Numbered from the stretch's first letter, positions 54,121 to 64,000 are shown. The stretch is 64,000 nucleotides of DNA from an uncultured Candidatus Saccharibacteria bacterium (GCA_964532145.1 CAZHGM010000001.1:30086-94085), one strand, 5' to 3'. Notes: generated from the letters alone by a model not told the origin. Numbers and translations are program-made.

Positions 54121-54804
54121 TCATTGTTTGTATCCTCCTGATGCCACATCCGATGTGATCTTGCCGTGGTCGAGCGTAATCACTCGTCGCTTTAGCTTGT
54201 TCACTATCTCGACATTATGCGTGGTAAGTACTACCGTTGTACCATATCGATTGATTTTTTCAAGCAAGCGCACAATATCCCAGCTGTGCTTGGGGTCAAG
54301 ATTACCTGTTGGCTCGTCGGCAATCAATATCTTCGGCTGTCGCACCACCGCACGAGCTATTGCGACCCGCTGCCTCTCGCCACCAGATAGCTCACGCGGG
54401 TAACTTTTCTCTTTGCCCTTCAACCCGACAAGCTCGATGACTTTGGGGACGGTATTTTTGATTTCACGGTTTGTCATGCCAGCGATTTCGAGTGCGAAAG
54501 CAATATTCTCAAACACAGTTCGTTGCGGTAATAACTTAAAATCCTGGAAAACGACACCGATTTTGCGTCGCAGCAAGGGGACATGTCGGTCTTTAAGGGT
54601 GTCATAATCAATTCCTCCGACAACAATCTTGCCGCTCGTAGGCTTTTCTTCTCGAGTCAATAACTTCAGAAGAGTGCTCTTGCCTGCACCGCTTGTGCCC
54701 ACAAGAATAACAAATTCTTTCGGTTCAATATGAAGAGATATCCGGCTAAGTGCTGGCCCGCCGTCCTTCCCGTACAACTTGGTAACACGATCCAGTAGTA
54801 TCAT
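54121..54804 (-). CDS. ftsE: Cell-division ATP-binding protein FtsE
   Basis: Walker A GTSGAGKSTLLKL; signature LSGGERQRVAIARA; Walker B ILIADEPTGNLD. Confidence 0.93.
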   Translation of the reverse strand: MILLDRVTKLYGKDGGPALSRISLHIEPKEFVILVGTSGAGKSTLLKLLTREEKPTSGKIVVGGIDYDTLKDRHVPLLRRKIGVVFQDFKLLPQRTVFENIAFALEIAGMTNREIKNTVPKVIELVGLKGKEKSYPRELSGGERQRVAIARAVVRQPKILIADEPTGNLDPKHSWDIVRLLEKINRYGTTVVLTTHNVEIVNKLKRRVITLDHGKITSDVASGGYKQ

Positions 54805-54854
54805 TTACTGTAACCATTATACAGCATTAAAACTGTATATGCTGAGAGTCTTCA

Positions 54855-55733
54855 CTAGTCAATAGCAGGATGTGCCCTATAGTATTCAATCGTTCTTTTT
54901 AGACCTTCTTGCACATCAACCCGCTTTACATCAGGAAATAACGTATCAATTTTTGCCGTATCGGCAACCACATGAGATCCCGCAGGTTCGCCTTGCCTCA
55001 TCGGCAGGTGCTGTACTGTGGAATCAGAACCGCTCAATTGAATGATTTTGTTAACAAGATCGTTGACAGATATGCCCTGCCCTGTTGCACACTCAATGAC
55101 ATTACCCCACTGTTTTTCCTCGATCATACGCACAGCATAGAGTACTGCATCATCGACAAGTATAAAATCAGCGACTTGCTCGCCATCTCCATACACCGTT
55201 AGAGGCTTACCGTCCAGAGCCTGGCTGATAAACGTTGGAACTGCTTTATTATACCGTGCAACATACTGATAGTCGCCATACACGCTAAACCATCGAAGCG
55301 CACAGACTTTTGTGCCGTAGGTCTCATAGTAGCATCGCGCCATACGAATAGCTGCGTCTTTGGAGATCGAGTATGGGTTATTCCATATGCCTGGCATACC
55401 TGCTACAAATACCTCTATGTCGAATTGGCGAGCGCACTCTAAAACATTCAGAGTGCCTTTCACGTTTGTCTCAAATACGCCAAAGGGGCTATCCAACGAT
55501 TCATGCGTGCCGATGGATGCGGCTAGATGAAATATTTTGTCAACAGGCTCCAAAAACGTTTTTAACGCTAGCAGATCAGTCACATCTACACGCTGATAGT
55601 CTACTCCATCAACCGGATAACTGGGAGCGCGAACATCGAGCGATATCAATTCGCAATTAGGGTATCGCTTTCGTAGCAGCAACAAAAGATTCGTTCCAAT
55701 AAATCCTGCTCCGCCTGATACTGCTATTTTCAT
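54855..55733 (-). CDS. NAD-dependent sugar-nucleotide epimerase/dehydratase (extended SDR)
   Basis: Rossmann motif VSGGAGFIGTNL; catalytic YxxxK in YSISKDA. Confidence 0.85.
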   Translation of the reverse strand: MKIAVSGGAGFIGTNLLLLLRKRYPNCELISLDVRAPSYPVDGVDYQRVDVTDLLALKTFLEPVDKIFHLAASIGTHESLDSPFGVFETNVKGTLNVLECARQFDIEVFVAGMPGIWNNPYSISKDAAIRMARCYYETYGTKVCALRWFSVYGDYQYVARYNKAVPTFISQALDGKPLTVYGDGEQVADFILVDDAVLYAVRMIEEKQWGNVIECATGQGISVNDLVNKIIQLSGSDSTVQHLPMRQGEPAGSHVVADTAKIDTLFPDVKRVDVQEGLKRTIEYYRAHPAID

Positions 55734-55758
55734 TATGATATCTCCTTGCTCCTACTCG

Positions 55759-56829
55759 TTAATGGTTCAAATACGCATTGATAAAACCGTCAATTTTGCC
55801 GTCCAGCACGCTTGCCGTGTCTTTTTCCTCATATTTTGTCCGGGCATCTTTCACGAGCTGATACGGATGAAGTACGTAATTGCGGATCTGCGCCCCCCAA
55901 CTCGCGCTTTCACCTGCCCGTAAATCAGCCAGCGTCTCGGCATGCTGTTCCATTTGCAGCTGCGCCAGCTTGCTGCGCAAAATCTTCAGCGCTGTCTCTT
56001 TGTTTTGCAGTTGTGAGCGCTCGTTCTGAATCGCCACTACAATACCCGTCGGCACATGCGTGATGCGGACGGCACTATCAGTCGTATTGACACTTTGTCC
56101 GCCGTGGCCGCCCGCGCGGTAGACATCGATCTTGAGATCATTATCATCCAATTTCACCTCATCCGGTGTGTCGATCTCCGGCATAATCTCGACAAGCGCA
56201 AAACTCGTCTGGCGCAAATTATCGGCATTGAACGGGCTGAGCCGCACCAGTCGGTGCACGCCGTGCTCCGACTGTAGTTTGCCATAGGCATAGGGGCCGA
56301 TCACGCTATAGGTAGCGCTTTTGATACCAGCTTCTTCACCTGGGCTGCGATCGATCACCTCTGTTTTAAAGCCATTTTTTTCACCCCACCTTAGATACAT
56401 GCGCTCCAGCATCTCGCACCAATCCTGGGCGTCGGTACCGCCGGCACCTGCACTGAGTTTCAAAATTGCGTTGTGATCATCGTATTCGCCGCGAAACAGC
56501 AGTTCTTTTTTGAGCCTGGCGTATTCCTTTTCAAACGCATCCACCTGTTCCGTAAATTCCCGTGACATTGATTCATCGCCAATCTCCATGAGCTCAACGA
56601 TATCCGCAACCTGGCTGCGAAGAGTCTGCCACGGCTCGGTTTGTCCCCGCAAGCTCGCCGCCTGTTTGCTCAGCATTTGCGCCCGTTCCAGATTGTTCCA
56701 GACATCACTTTCAGCCAACTGGTCATCAATGCGCGCCAGCTCCTCTGCCTTGGCGGTAATCTGAAGCTGCTCATACGCCTGCATAATGTTGCTTTTGAGT
56801 GCTTCAGCCTGTTTTTTCAGTGATTCCAT
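55759..56829 (-). CDS. prfB: Peptide chain release factor 2, encoded in a single frame
   Basis: SPF tripeptide in RLSPFNADNLRQTSFA; GGQ in RAGGHGGQSVNTTDSAVRITH. ATG 56829 (MESLKKQ) is preferred. Confidence 0.93.
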   Translation of the reverse strand: MESLKKQAEALKSNIMQAYEQLQITAKAEELARIDDQLAESDVWNNLERAQMLSKQAASLRGQTEPWQTLRSQVADIVELMEIGDESMSREFTEQVDAFEKEYARLKKELLFRGEYDDHNAILKLSAGAGGTDAQDWCEMLERMYLRWGEKNGFKTEVIDRSPGEEAGIKSATYSVIGPYAYGKLQSEHGVHRLVRLSPFNADNLRQTSFALVEIMPEIDTPDEVKLDDNDLKIDVYRAGGHGGQSVNTTDSAVRITHVPTGIVVAIQNERSQLQNKETALKILRSKLAQLQMEQHAETLADLRAGESASWGAQIRNYVLHPYQLVKDARTKYEEKDTASVLDGKIDGFINAYLNH

Positions 56830-56955
56830 AGTACCAGTATGCAATATGGGGTATGCAAAATGCAAAGAAATGTGAAATAAGAAAAAAGAAATACTAACAC
56901 GATGAAATACAGCCCGCCACTCATTTTCAGGAACGCTTTGTGAGATACTGGAAAT

Positions 56956-57639
56956 ATGAAAATCGGCGTATTTGATAGTGGCATTGGCGGCGAGGCGGTC
57001 GCACGTGATCTAAGGCTGCATTTTCCTGATGCCGAAATTGTAACAGCCAGCGATCATGAGCATGTTCCATACGGATTAAGGTCAGTCGATGAAATTATTA
57101 CACTCACCGATAACGCAATCCAGCCGCTGCTTTCCTCATCATGCGACGTTATCGTGATTGCGTGTAACACCGCCACAACACTCGCGCTGCCCCATTTACG
57201 GGTACAGTACCCGACCCAGCTATTCATCGGCATTGAGCCTATGATCAAAACAGCTGCTAAGCAGACAAGAACCCATCGCATCATCGTGTGTGCTACACTG
57301 GCTACGCTTCGTAGCCAGCGATATCATGAGCTGAAGGAGTCGTATGCTTCAAGCTGCATCGTTGGTGAACCCGACTGTTCCGATTGGGCGTCTATGATCG
57401 AAAGCAATACTGTCAATGAACAGTCCATCCGTAATCGGCTTGAACCATTTTTAGCTGACAAAGCCGATGTTATTGTGCTCGGCTGTACGCATTATCATTG
57501 GATAAAATCGCTTATCAAAACAATTGCAGATAATAAGGCTACTGTGCTTGAGCCAACCGCATCAATTGCAAAACAAATTCAGACTACAGTGCTTTTACGG
57601 CCGCAACAAACTGATCGCCGCGATCGGCATAATTCTTAA
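56956..57639 (+). CDS. murI: Glutamate racemase
   Basis: GVFDSGIGG, IACNTATT, LGCTHYH. Its 3' end overlaps murD convergently. Confidence 0.88.
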   Translation: MKIGVFDSGIGGEAVARDLRLHFPDAEIVTASDHEHVPYGLRSVDEIITLTDNAIQPLLSSSCDVIVIACNTATTLALPHLRVQYPTQLFIGIEPMIKTAAKQTRTHRIIVCATLATLRSQRYHELKESYASSCIVGEPDCSDWASMIESNTVNEQSIRNRLEPFLADKADVIVLGCTHYHWIKSLIKTIADNKATVLEPTASIAKQIQTTVLLRPQQTDRRDRHNS

Positions 57640-58873
57640 ACATATCAAAACTGGCACTCGCCGGACTCAGCAGCACGACATCTCCTTGCTGCGCCATCTT
57701 GTGGCATGATGCAACAATATCACGCATGCTACCATCTAGCTCCAAAACTTCGACGTCGAATTTGCGGCACAGCACCGCAATATGTGAGCCTGTTTTACCA
57801 ATTGCGACTACCCGAGCATGACGAGTCTTGCAAGTTTTAATGATTGATTCATAGTTTACCCCTTTATCAGAACCACCAAGAATAATAATCTTTGGCTCGT
57901 CGAATGACTGCAGGGCAGCTATGGCCGACCCTGGCGTGGTCGCAATGCTGTCATCGTAGTACTTGACACCACTAACCTCGCGGACGAATTTCAAACGATG
58001 CGGCAGACCAGTAAAGTTATGCAGCCCGCGCTGGATAGCGGCATTATCGACGGTAAACACCCGAGCTGCCGATATAGCCGCGCATGCATTTTCAAGATTA
58101 TGCGCTCCAGGTAATCGTAGCACGTCAGTAGGACAAATATCATCGCCTTGCACCCGGAACATGCCCTGTTCAGTGTAGACACCCCCTGCATCACGAGCAT
58201 CGTAGCGAATGCTATCTCCCAGTACTGAGCTTTCAGCAATTTTTTCACTCCATCTGTTTGAGGGGTGGTAAAAGCAGACGTCTTCAGCCTTCTGATGACG
58301 ACGAATGTTGCTCTTGGCGCGGATATATTCATCAAAATCGGCATGAATATCAAGATGATCAGGCTCAATCATGAGCACCACTGCCACATGCGGACTCGCA
58401 CGGAGGTCCCACAACTGAAAACTGCTCATCTCAAACACGACGATATCATCTGCAGCAATGTTAGGTAGCACTGCGAGTGCTGGGGTGCCGATATTACCTA
58501 CCAGGTGTACCGTGCGGCCTGCTTCACGTAATATACCGGCAATCAAGCTGCTTGTCGTACCCTTCCCCTTCGTACCGGTGACACCGATAATAGGCGCTGG
58601 GCATTTCATAAAAAATTCATTAGTACTAGACCAGATTGTTCCGTCCGTGACGATCGCGTTCGGCGGCAAACTGGCCGTCCTGACTACCAAATCGTAGTCA
58701 TGCAGCTTCTGAAAGACATTTTCACCGAGCAACACAGTAGCATCACTAGGAATACGCTTGGCAGGTTTTGCAGCTTCATCAACAATTGTCACGTCATGGC
58801 CCAACTCGTGCCAATAGGCATAATTCACTTCACCTTCGATACCGTAGCCTGCAATTGCGACTTTCATACTCAA
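57584..58873 (-). CDS. murD: UDP-N-acetylmuramoylalanine--D-glutamate ligase
   Basis: GVTGTKGKGTT, EMSSFQL, EPDHLDIH. Confidence 0.9.
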   Translation of the reverse strand: MSMKVAIAGYGIEGEVNYAYWHELGHDVTIVDEAAKPAKRIPSDATVLLGENVFQKLHDYDLVVRTASLPPNAIVTDGTIWSSTNEFFMKCPAPIIGVTGTKGKGTTSSLIAGILREAGRTVHLVGNIGTPALAVLPNIAADDIVVFEMSSFQLWDLRASPHVAVVLMIEPDHLDIHADFDEYIRAKSNIRRHQKAEDVCFYHPSNRWSEKIAESSVLGDSIRYDARDAGGVYTEQGMFRVQGDDICPTDVLRLPGAHNLENACAAISAARVFTVDNAAIQRGLHNFTGLPHRLKFVREVSGVKYYDDSIATTPGSAIAALQSFDEPKIIILGGSDKGVNYESIIKTCKTRHARVVAIGKTGSHIAVLCRKFDVEVLELDGSMRDIVASCHKMAQQGDVVLLSPASASFDMFKNYADRGDQFVAAVKAL

Positions 58874-58928
58874 CTAGTATAGCATTAATCATTTTTCACA
58901 TCTGGCACATGCCGATACGTCAGTAATG

Positions 58929-60215
58929 TTACGATTTTTCAAATAACGGCGAAAGTTGATCGTTCAGCCCATCAACAAATGCCTTCTCAACATTGCCGAT
59001 ACCGCCAAGCAGCCAGCAGTCGGCATTGATAAATTCACGCGCAGTTTCTACGATACGATCACGAGTCACCGCCTGGATTTCTGACGGCCGTTCATCATAG
59101 TCATCAATCCGCCCGTCAAAGAAATAACTATCTGCATACCACCGTGCAATCTGCCCGGCCGTCTGTGCGCCCATTTGGTGGCGGCCCAAGGCATACTGGC
59201 GAGCAGCCTCGACTTCTTCGTCGGTAATACGTCCATCGATCACAGCCTTAACTTCTTTGGCAATCAGCTGGAATAGCTCATAAGCGCATTCCGGATCAAG
59301 CTCAGTCCCGAAATCCCAGGTGCTATTGTGTTCATTGGCGCTTGCAGTTGACCACATGCCATACGCCAAACCTTTCTTACGTGCACCGCCAAAAATTCGC
59401 GAGCGAAATGTACCGTTCAGGATATGATCGGCAAACCCCATGGCATCAATTTCAGCATCACTCAACCGCCGTGGAACTACCATACTAAGACCAAAGGTAA
59501 AGTTCGTCGCCTCCTTACGCTTGATGAGCAGCGGATCAGCCCGGTGCAATTCATCGACTGGTATACTGAGCCGCTCACCTTCGGGCAACTCCCAACTCTC
59601 CAGCATGGCTTCTAGTTTTGACTCGCGGCCTTTTATATCACCGGCGACTACAAACCGCATGTTTGCAAGCGTGTGCGTACGACGGTAGTGTTCGCGAATA
59701 TCCGCTATGGTAACATTATTGATTGTCTTGAGGCGTTCCTGCCAGGTCAACATATCCTCCCCAAGTACCTGAGCCATTTTTGACCACAGCACCCACATAT
59801 GATTGTTGAGGTACCCGTTAAGTTCGTTGCGAACATTGCCTGCTTCGCTTTTCAGTTCTTCTTCGATAAACCGCGGCTTCGTAATACTCAGCTGCTGCAA
59901 ATCCAAAATGCGGTCCCACTCAAAGTCGGCGCAGTCGGTCATATAGACCATGCTGTAGTCGGCAGTTGTAGCATTGAAATACGCGCCATTTTTGGTAAAT
60001 TCAGCATCGTATTCCGCCGCATCGCGAAAGCGGGCATTCGCCCCAAATGCCATATGCTCCATAATGTGAGCCGTTTCCTCGATCGTTTTATCGCGAACAT
60101 AGCGCGTACCGGCGCGAAAATGCACTCGGGTGCTCATCACCTGCGCTCCAGGTACATGAATCAGCAGCCCGCGCGCACCATTCTTGAGCTCCAGCTCAGT
60201 GACAACGTGTTTCAT
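58929..60215 (-). CDS. M16-family (insulinase/pitrilysin-like) zinc peptidase
   Basis: Inverted zinc motif HxxEH in AHIMEHMAF; 428 aa. Confidence 0.85.
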   Translation of the reverse strand: MKHVVTELELKNGARGLLIHVPGAQVMSTRVHFRAGTRYVRDKTIEETAHIMEHMAFGANARFRDAAEYDAEFTKNGAYFNATTADYSMVYMTDCADFEWDRILDLQQLSITKPRFIEEELKSEAGNVRNELNGYLNNHMWVLWSKMAQVLGEDMLTWQERLKTINNVTIADIREHYRRTHTLANMRFVVAGDIKGRESKLEAMLESWELPEGERLSIPVDELHRADPLLIKRKEATNFTFGLSMVVPRRLSDAEIDAMGFADHILNGTFRSRIFGGARKKGLAYGMWSTASANEHNSTWDFGTELDPECAYELFQLIAKEVKAVIDGRITDEEVEAARQYALGRHQMGAQTAGQIARWYADSYFFDGRIDDYDERPSEIQAVTRDRIVETAREFINADCWLLGGIGNVEKAFVDGLNDQLSPLFEKS

Positions 60216-60277
60216 TGGCCGCCTTTGACCGTAGACAGAGGTACAAAAAGACCGGAAAAGCGAGAGAAGCCTACCAT

Positions 60278-62893
60278 CTAGTGCCGCTTTCGACTTGCGC
60301 GAGCTGATTTACGCTTTTTCTTCGCGTTTTTTTTGCGATCACTCTTTACTTTTTGCGAAGCGGCTTTCTTCACCTTAAAGTCATCATCATGTATGTGTGT
60401 TGACCTATCGCCAAGCTCATTTACGCCTTGCTCAACAGCGCTAGCAGCTGCTTTGGTGAGGTCTGATTCGTACACATCGTCTTCGAGTTTGGCGGGGCGT
60501 AACTCCTCTTTTTTAACATGGAAAATCGTCCGCAATACTTCATCTCGCAGCGTGCGCTGTAAGCTTTCGAATAGCTTTTGGGATTCGGAGCGATACTCAA
60601 CAAGCGGGTCGCGCTGGCCAACACTTCGCCAATGGATACCCTCACGCAAATGCTGCATATTTTCCAGGTGCTGCATCCACAGCACGTCAACAATTTGCAA
60701 GTACACATCGCGTTCTAATCCTCGCATGAGTTCAGTACCAAGTTCCTTCTCGCGTTTTTTGTAGAGTGCATTAGACTGTGCTGTGGCGAGCGCGAAACGG
60801 ACTTTGTCTTTCTTTTCTTTAGCAATGTCGGCAATCTTCTTCTCGCCCAGGGGAATAATTGCCTCAAAGTTATCGACAAATTTCGGGTTATTTTTCCCTG
60901 GTAGGTATGTCAGATCGCGAACCTTCTCCTCGAGCAGTCGTTCAATTTCCCCTTTGATATCTTCTCCGCCCAAAATACGACGGCGAATAGTATAGACAAC
61001 CTTACGATGGCGGTTGATGACATTGTCATATTGCACCACGTTTTTTCGCGTATCGTAGTTATAACCTTCAACGCGTTTCTGAGCGGACTCCAGTGTTTTA
61101 CTGACAGCGCGGTTTTCAATAGGCATATCTTCTTCTACCCCTAGCCGATCCATCAGCGATGCGATCCGCTCTCCTTGGAAAATACGCATGAGATCGTCTT
61201 CGGTCGAGACGTAAAACTGTGTCGTTCCCGGATCACCCTGGCGACCGCCACGACCTCGCAGCTGATTGTCAATCCGTCGCGCCTCATGACGTTCTGAGCC
61301 TATGACCGCTAAACCACCAGCTTCCTTAACACCCTCCCCTAATACAATGTCCGTACCTCGTCCGGCTATGTTTGTTGCTAGCGTGACAGCGCCTTTTTGA
61401 CCTGCTTCCGCTACAATTGCCGCTTCGCGCTCATTATTCTTGGCATTGAGGAGCTCGTGTTTGATCCCGGCCTTAGTAAGAGCCTTGCTAATAAGCTCAT
61501 TTTTTGCAATGCTCGCACTCCCTATTAGCACCGGACGGCCCTGCTTGTTCAACTCTTTGACATCGGCGACTAATGCTTTGATTTTTCCTTGCTCAGTTTT
61601 AAAAATCTTATCAACATGGTCCTTGCGTGCCATTGGACGATTCGATGGAATCTGAATGACATCCAATCCGTAAATTTGCTGGAACTCCTCGGCCTCAGTA
61701 TATGCCGTACCAGTCATACCGCTAAGCTTGCTATACAGCCGGAAATAGTTTTGGAACGAAATTGTTGCAAGTGTCTGACTTTCTTCACGGACGGTTACCG
61801 TCTCTTTGGCCTCGATTGCTTGGTGCAATCCTTCGTTATAGCGCCGCCCATTCATCAAACGACCGGTGAACTCATCAACAATCACCACTTCACCGTCTGA
61901 TGTCACGACATAGTCTTTGTCGCGACGGAACAGTGTTTGGGCACGCAGAGCCTGGTCCATATGATACACGGCGCGCACGTGATCTGGGCTGTAAATATTT
62001 TTAACACCGAGTAGTTTCTGTACCTTTTCAACACCCGCATCAGTCAAACTGACACTGCGTCGTTTTTCATCGAGGATATAGTGTTCTGGTTTGAGCGCTG
62101 CAGCAACCTTGCTGAAACGAATGTACATGTCGGGGTTCTCACTGGCAGGCGCCGATATGATGAGCGGCGTACGCGCTTCATCAATCAAAATCGAATCCAC
62201 CTCATCAACGATAGCAAAATTAAGCTCGCGCTGCCGGAGCAAGTCAACGTCATTGACCATATTGTCACGCAAATAATCAAAGCCGAATTCATTATTGGTG
62301 CCGTATGTAACATCGGCGGCATAGGCTTCTTTACGCGTGCATGGCCGCAACTTTTTCATCCTCTCATCACTGTGTGCAGGATTATCAAACTTGCTGTCAT
62401 ATAAAAACGATTGGTCGTTGATAATACACCCCGTACTCAGGCCCAGCGCATCATACACCTGCCCCATCCAGCCAGCATCACGTTGCGCCAGATAGTCATT
62501 AACAGTTACGACATGGACACCCTTGCCACTCAGTGCATTGAGATACACCGGCGCTGTTGCCATCAGGGTTTTACCTTCACCGGTCTTCATCTCGGCCACG
62601 TTGCCTTCATGCAGCGCAATACCGGCGATCAACTGCACATCATAATGCCGCTGCCCGAGCACACGGTCGCTCATCTCACGAGCGACAGCAAAGGCTTCCG
62701 GCAGAATATCGTCAAGGGTGGTGTTTTTCGTGGCAAGACGCGTTTTCAAGACCTCGGTTTGCTTTTTCAGCTCTGGTTTTGCCATATCATGGTATGTCTG
62801 CGCTAAGGCATTAATACTGGCAACTTTTTTCGTAAGTCGCTTTAGGGTACGCACCTGAGGATCACCGAATAGTTTGGTGAGGGCCTGTTTCAT
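60278..62893 (-). CDS. secA: Preprotein translocase ATPase SecA (Lys/Arg-rich C-terminus, no Cys-rich zinc motif)
   Basis: MKTGEGKTL, DEVDSILIDEARTPLI, TNIAGRGTDI. The C-terminal tail is KKNAKKKRKSARASRKRH. Confidence 0.96.
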   Translation of the reverse strand: MKQALTKLFGDPQVRTLKRLTKKVASINALAQTYHDMAKPELKKQTEVLKTRLATKNTTLDDILPEAFAVAREMSDRVLGQRHYDVQLIAGIALHEGNVAEMKTGEGKTLMATAPVYLNALSGKGVHVVTVNDYLAQRDAGWMGQVYDALGLSTGCIINDQSFLYDSKFDNPAHSDERMKKLRPCTRKEAYAADVTYGTNNEFGFDYLRDNMVNDVDLLRQRELNFAIVDEVDSILIDEARTPLIISAPASENPDMYIRFSKVAAALKPEHYILDEKRRSVSLTDAGVEKVQKLLGVKNIYSPDHVRAVYHMDQALRAQTLFRRDKDYVVTSDGEVVIVDEFTGRLMNGRRYNEGLHQAIEAKETVTVREESQTLATISFQNYFRLYSKLSGMTGTAYTEAEEFQQIYGLDVIQIPSNRPMARKDHVDKIFKTEQGKIKALVADVKELNKQGRPVLIGSASIAKNELISKALTKAGIKHELLNAKNNEREAAIVAEAGQKGAVTLATNIAGRGTDIVLGEGVKEAGGLAVIGSERHEARRIDNQLRGRGGRQGDPGTTQFYVSTEDDLMRIFQGERIASLMDRLGVEEDMPIENRAVSKTLESAQKRVEGYNYDTRKNVVQYDNVINRHRKVVYTIRRRILGGEDIKGEIERLLEEKVRDLTYLPGKNNPKFVDNFEAIIPLGEKKIADIAKEKKDKVRFALATAQSNALYKKREKELGTELMRGLERDVYLQIVDVLWMQHLENMQHLREGIHWRSVGQRDPLVEYRSESQKLFESLQRTLRDEVLRTIFHVKKEELRPAKLEDDVYESDLTKAAASAVEQGVNELGDRSTHIHDDDFKVKKAASQKVKSDRKKNAKKKRKSARASRKRH

Positions 62894-63019
62894 ATCTATC
62901 TTACCTCTCTACGTTTAGGTCACATTCACTTCCTACCAGTATACCTGCCACCATGAACAATGCCAAGACGGAGCGGCGACAAACCACCCCGAAATAGCTG
63001 CCTAAACACTGTGCGCTAA

Positions 63020-63409
63020 TTAGGCTTCGATAGGATTCGTTGACAACTTGACACGTTCTTTAATTGACCGTAATACGCGCTGGGCGCGGCCACCATTAAA
63101 CGTATGATCATCATGGTATTTCTTAAGCTGCGAGGTCAGTTTTGCTTCGACAATATCGACTGCCGCAAGCATATTGAGTGTCGAATCCTGGGCCGTGATG
63201 GTTTTTTGGGGCAGCAGGAGATTGATATGACACTCGTATTTATTGCCGTTCGCACGGTTCACTTCTTTTAGTACAACATCGGCCTGGGCTGATTTGCGCG
63301 CGTGCCGTGGCAAGAAACGATCAAGCCGACCAATTTTTTTGAGAACGTATTTTCTGGTTACGTCGTCGACTTGGTATCGTACCCCGGTTATATCTATATG
63401 TGTGATCAC
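63020..63409 (-). CDS. hpf: Ribosome hibernation factor (HPF/RaiA, S30AE family)
   Basis: 129 aa with a typical beta-alpha-beta-beta-beta-alpha N-terminus (ITGVRYQVDDVTRKYVLKKIGRLDRF). It lies next to secA, as in many bacteria. Confidence 0.85.
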   Translation of the reverse strand: MITHIDITGVRYQVDDVTRKYVLKKIGRLDRFLPRHARKSAQADVVLKEVNRANGNKYECHINLLLPQKTITAQDSTLNMLAAVDIVEAKLTSQLKKYHDDHTFNGGRAQRVLRSIKERVKLSTNPIEA

Positions 63410-63429
63410 TGGTGACCTCCTTTGATATA

Positions 63430-64000
63430 TTACCGATTTGTACTTCTAGTATACCACTTATCGTTTTTGTAATCAGCCCCGACTGCCTCTTCTATTCGGC
63501 TAAAGCCATCGCGCTTTAGCAAGTTTATGATGCCGCTGTTAATATCGCCAACTACTTGCGGGCCTTCAAATATCATGCCTGTGATCAGCCCTACCAGATT
63601 AGCACCAGCTCGTATTTTTTCATACGCATCCTCTGCCGAAAAAACACCGCCAATACCGATAATTATGAATCTACCGGGATAGTGCTGGTAGGATTTGCGA
63701 ATCAAATCAGTTGCAATTGCTCTAGTAGGCACTCCACTGAGCCCGCCAGCAACATCAGATGGCACTTGCTCCCGCAATGTAGCCCTTGCTCGGTCTTTTA
63801 GTAAATTCCCGATCGATAGACCATCAACATGATGCGCATCTATTACCTTCAGCAGTGCGTAAAATGCTTGCCAGGGGAGCGAGATAGGCATCTTGATGAT
63901 AAGAGGTCGTTGTAATTTTAACTCGTCAATTGCTTTCAGCAAACTTTGCAGTCGCGCGGGTGTTGTAAAAGGCTCGCCCCCATATGTATTGGGACATGAA
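63430..64000 (-). CDS. pyrD: Dihydroorotate dehydrogenase, C-terminal part (gene runs off the window end)
   Basis: GLSIGN, GGLSGVPTRAIATDLI and IIGIGGVFSAEDAYEKIRAGANLV. The frame stays open to position 64000. Confidence 0.85.
   Translation of the reverse strand, partial: SCPNTYGGEPFTTPARLQSLLKAIDELKLQRPLIIKMPISLPWQAFYALLKVIDAHHVDGLSIGNLLKDRARATLREQVPSDVAGGLSGVPTRAIATDLIRKSYQHYPGRFIIIGIGGVFSAEDAYEKIRAGANLVGLITGMIFEGPQVVGDINSGIINLLKRDGFSRIEEAVGADYKNDKWYTRSTNR

Noticed and set aside
55759-56865. Looked for the programmed +1 frameshift (CUU UGA C) typical of prfB.
   Set aside because: The RF2 reading frame is continuous from MESLKKQ to the end. A sizeable minority of bacteria lack the frameshift, so this is not anomalous. 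The presence of RF2 is simply consistent with standard UGA = stop.
56866-56955. ATGCAA repeated three times (GTATGCAATATGGGGTATGCAAAATGCAAAG) in the prfB-murI divergent region, considered as further TGCA-N7-TGCA boxes.
   Set aside because: The spacings (N10 and N3) do not match the 15-bp box. It is probably promoter-proximal low complexity, so no claim is made.

Overview
This 64-kb window is about 50% GC by eye and densely coded, with roughly 65 protein genes. I recognised no rRNA, tRNA, CRISPR array, transposase, integrase or reverse transcriptase. The content is core housekeeping of a small-genome, monoderm-type bacterium. It includes a compact dcw cluster (mraZ-rsmH-ftsL-PBP-mraY-ftsW-murG-ftsQ), an ftsE-ftsX-CHAP hydrolase-ctp module, and secA, hpf, prfB, murI, murD, topA, dprA, der, pth, glyQS, recO, xseAB and rpmA. 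There are also three two-component proteins whose response regulators lack DNA-binding outputs, an MMPL transporter, a GH1 glycosidase, a PIF1-like helicase and a TraD/VirD4-like ATPase. Several features fit a Patescibacteria/Saccharibacteria-like or other reduced Gram-positive-type genome: alpha2-type GlyRS, Cys-less TopA C-terminal repeats, a PcsB-like hydrolase, and disordered Pro- or Lys-rich tails. That placement is inference only. I did not find an unambiguous new multi-gene system. The leads worth follow-up are listed here. (1) Hairpin-bearing, in-frame extra segments sit inside three housekeeping genes (an RsuA/RluB-like synthase, der, topA) and may be palindromic-element insertions. 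(2) A 0.4-kb structured intergenic region ends in an orphan minus-strand intrinsic terminator, suggesting an unidentified ncRNA. (3) A 0.52-kb AT-rich segment between convergent genes is bounded by a 17/18 direct repeat and carries an 11-bp-stem hairpin over the ATG of a hydrophobic ORF. (4) A TGCA-N7-TGCA palindrome is shared by the promoters of a Fur-family gene and the adjacent ZIP transporter. (5) An HD / sigma-region-4 plus HARE-HTH-like / T4CP-like ATPase gene trio. (6) A Nudix/CYTH/SRPBCC/HExxH islet with two frameshifted genes. (7) A recurrent leaderless-promoter geometry. All coordinates and motifs were read by eye from the sequence. No database search was run.
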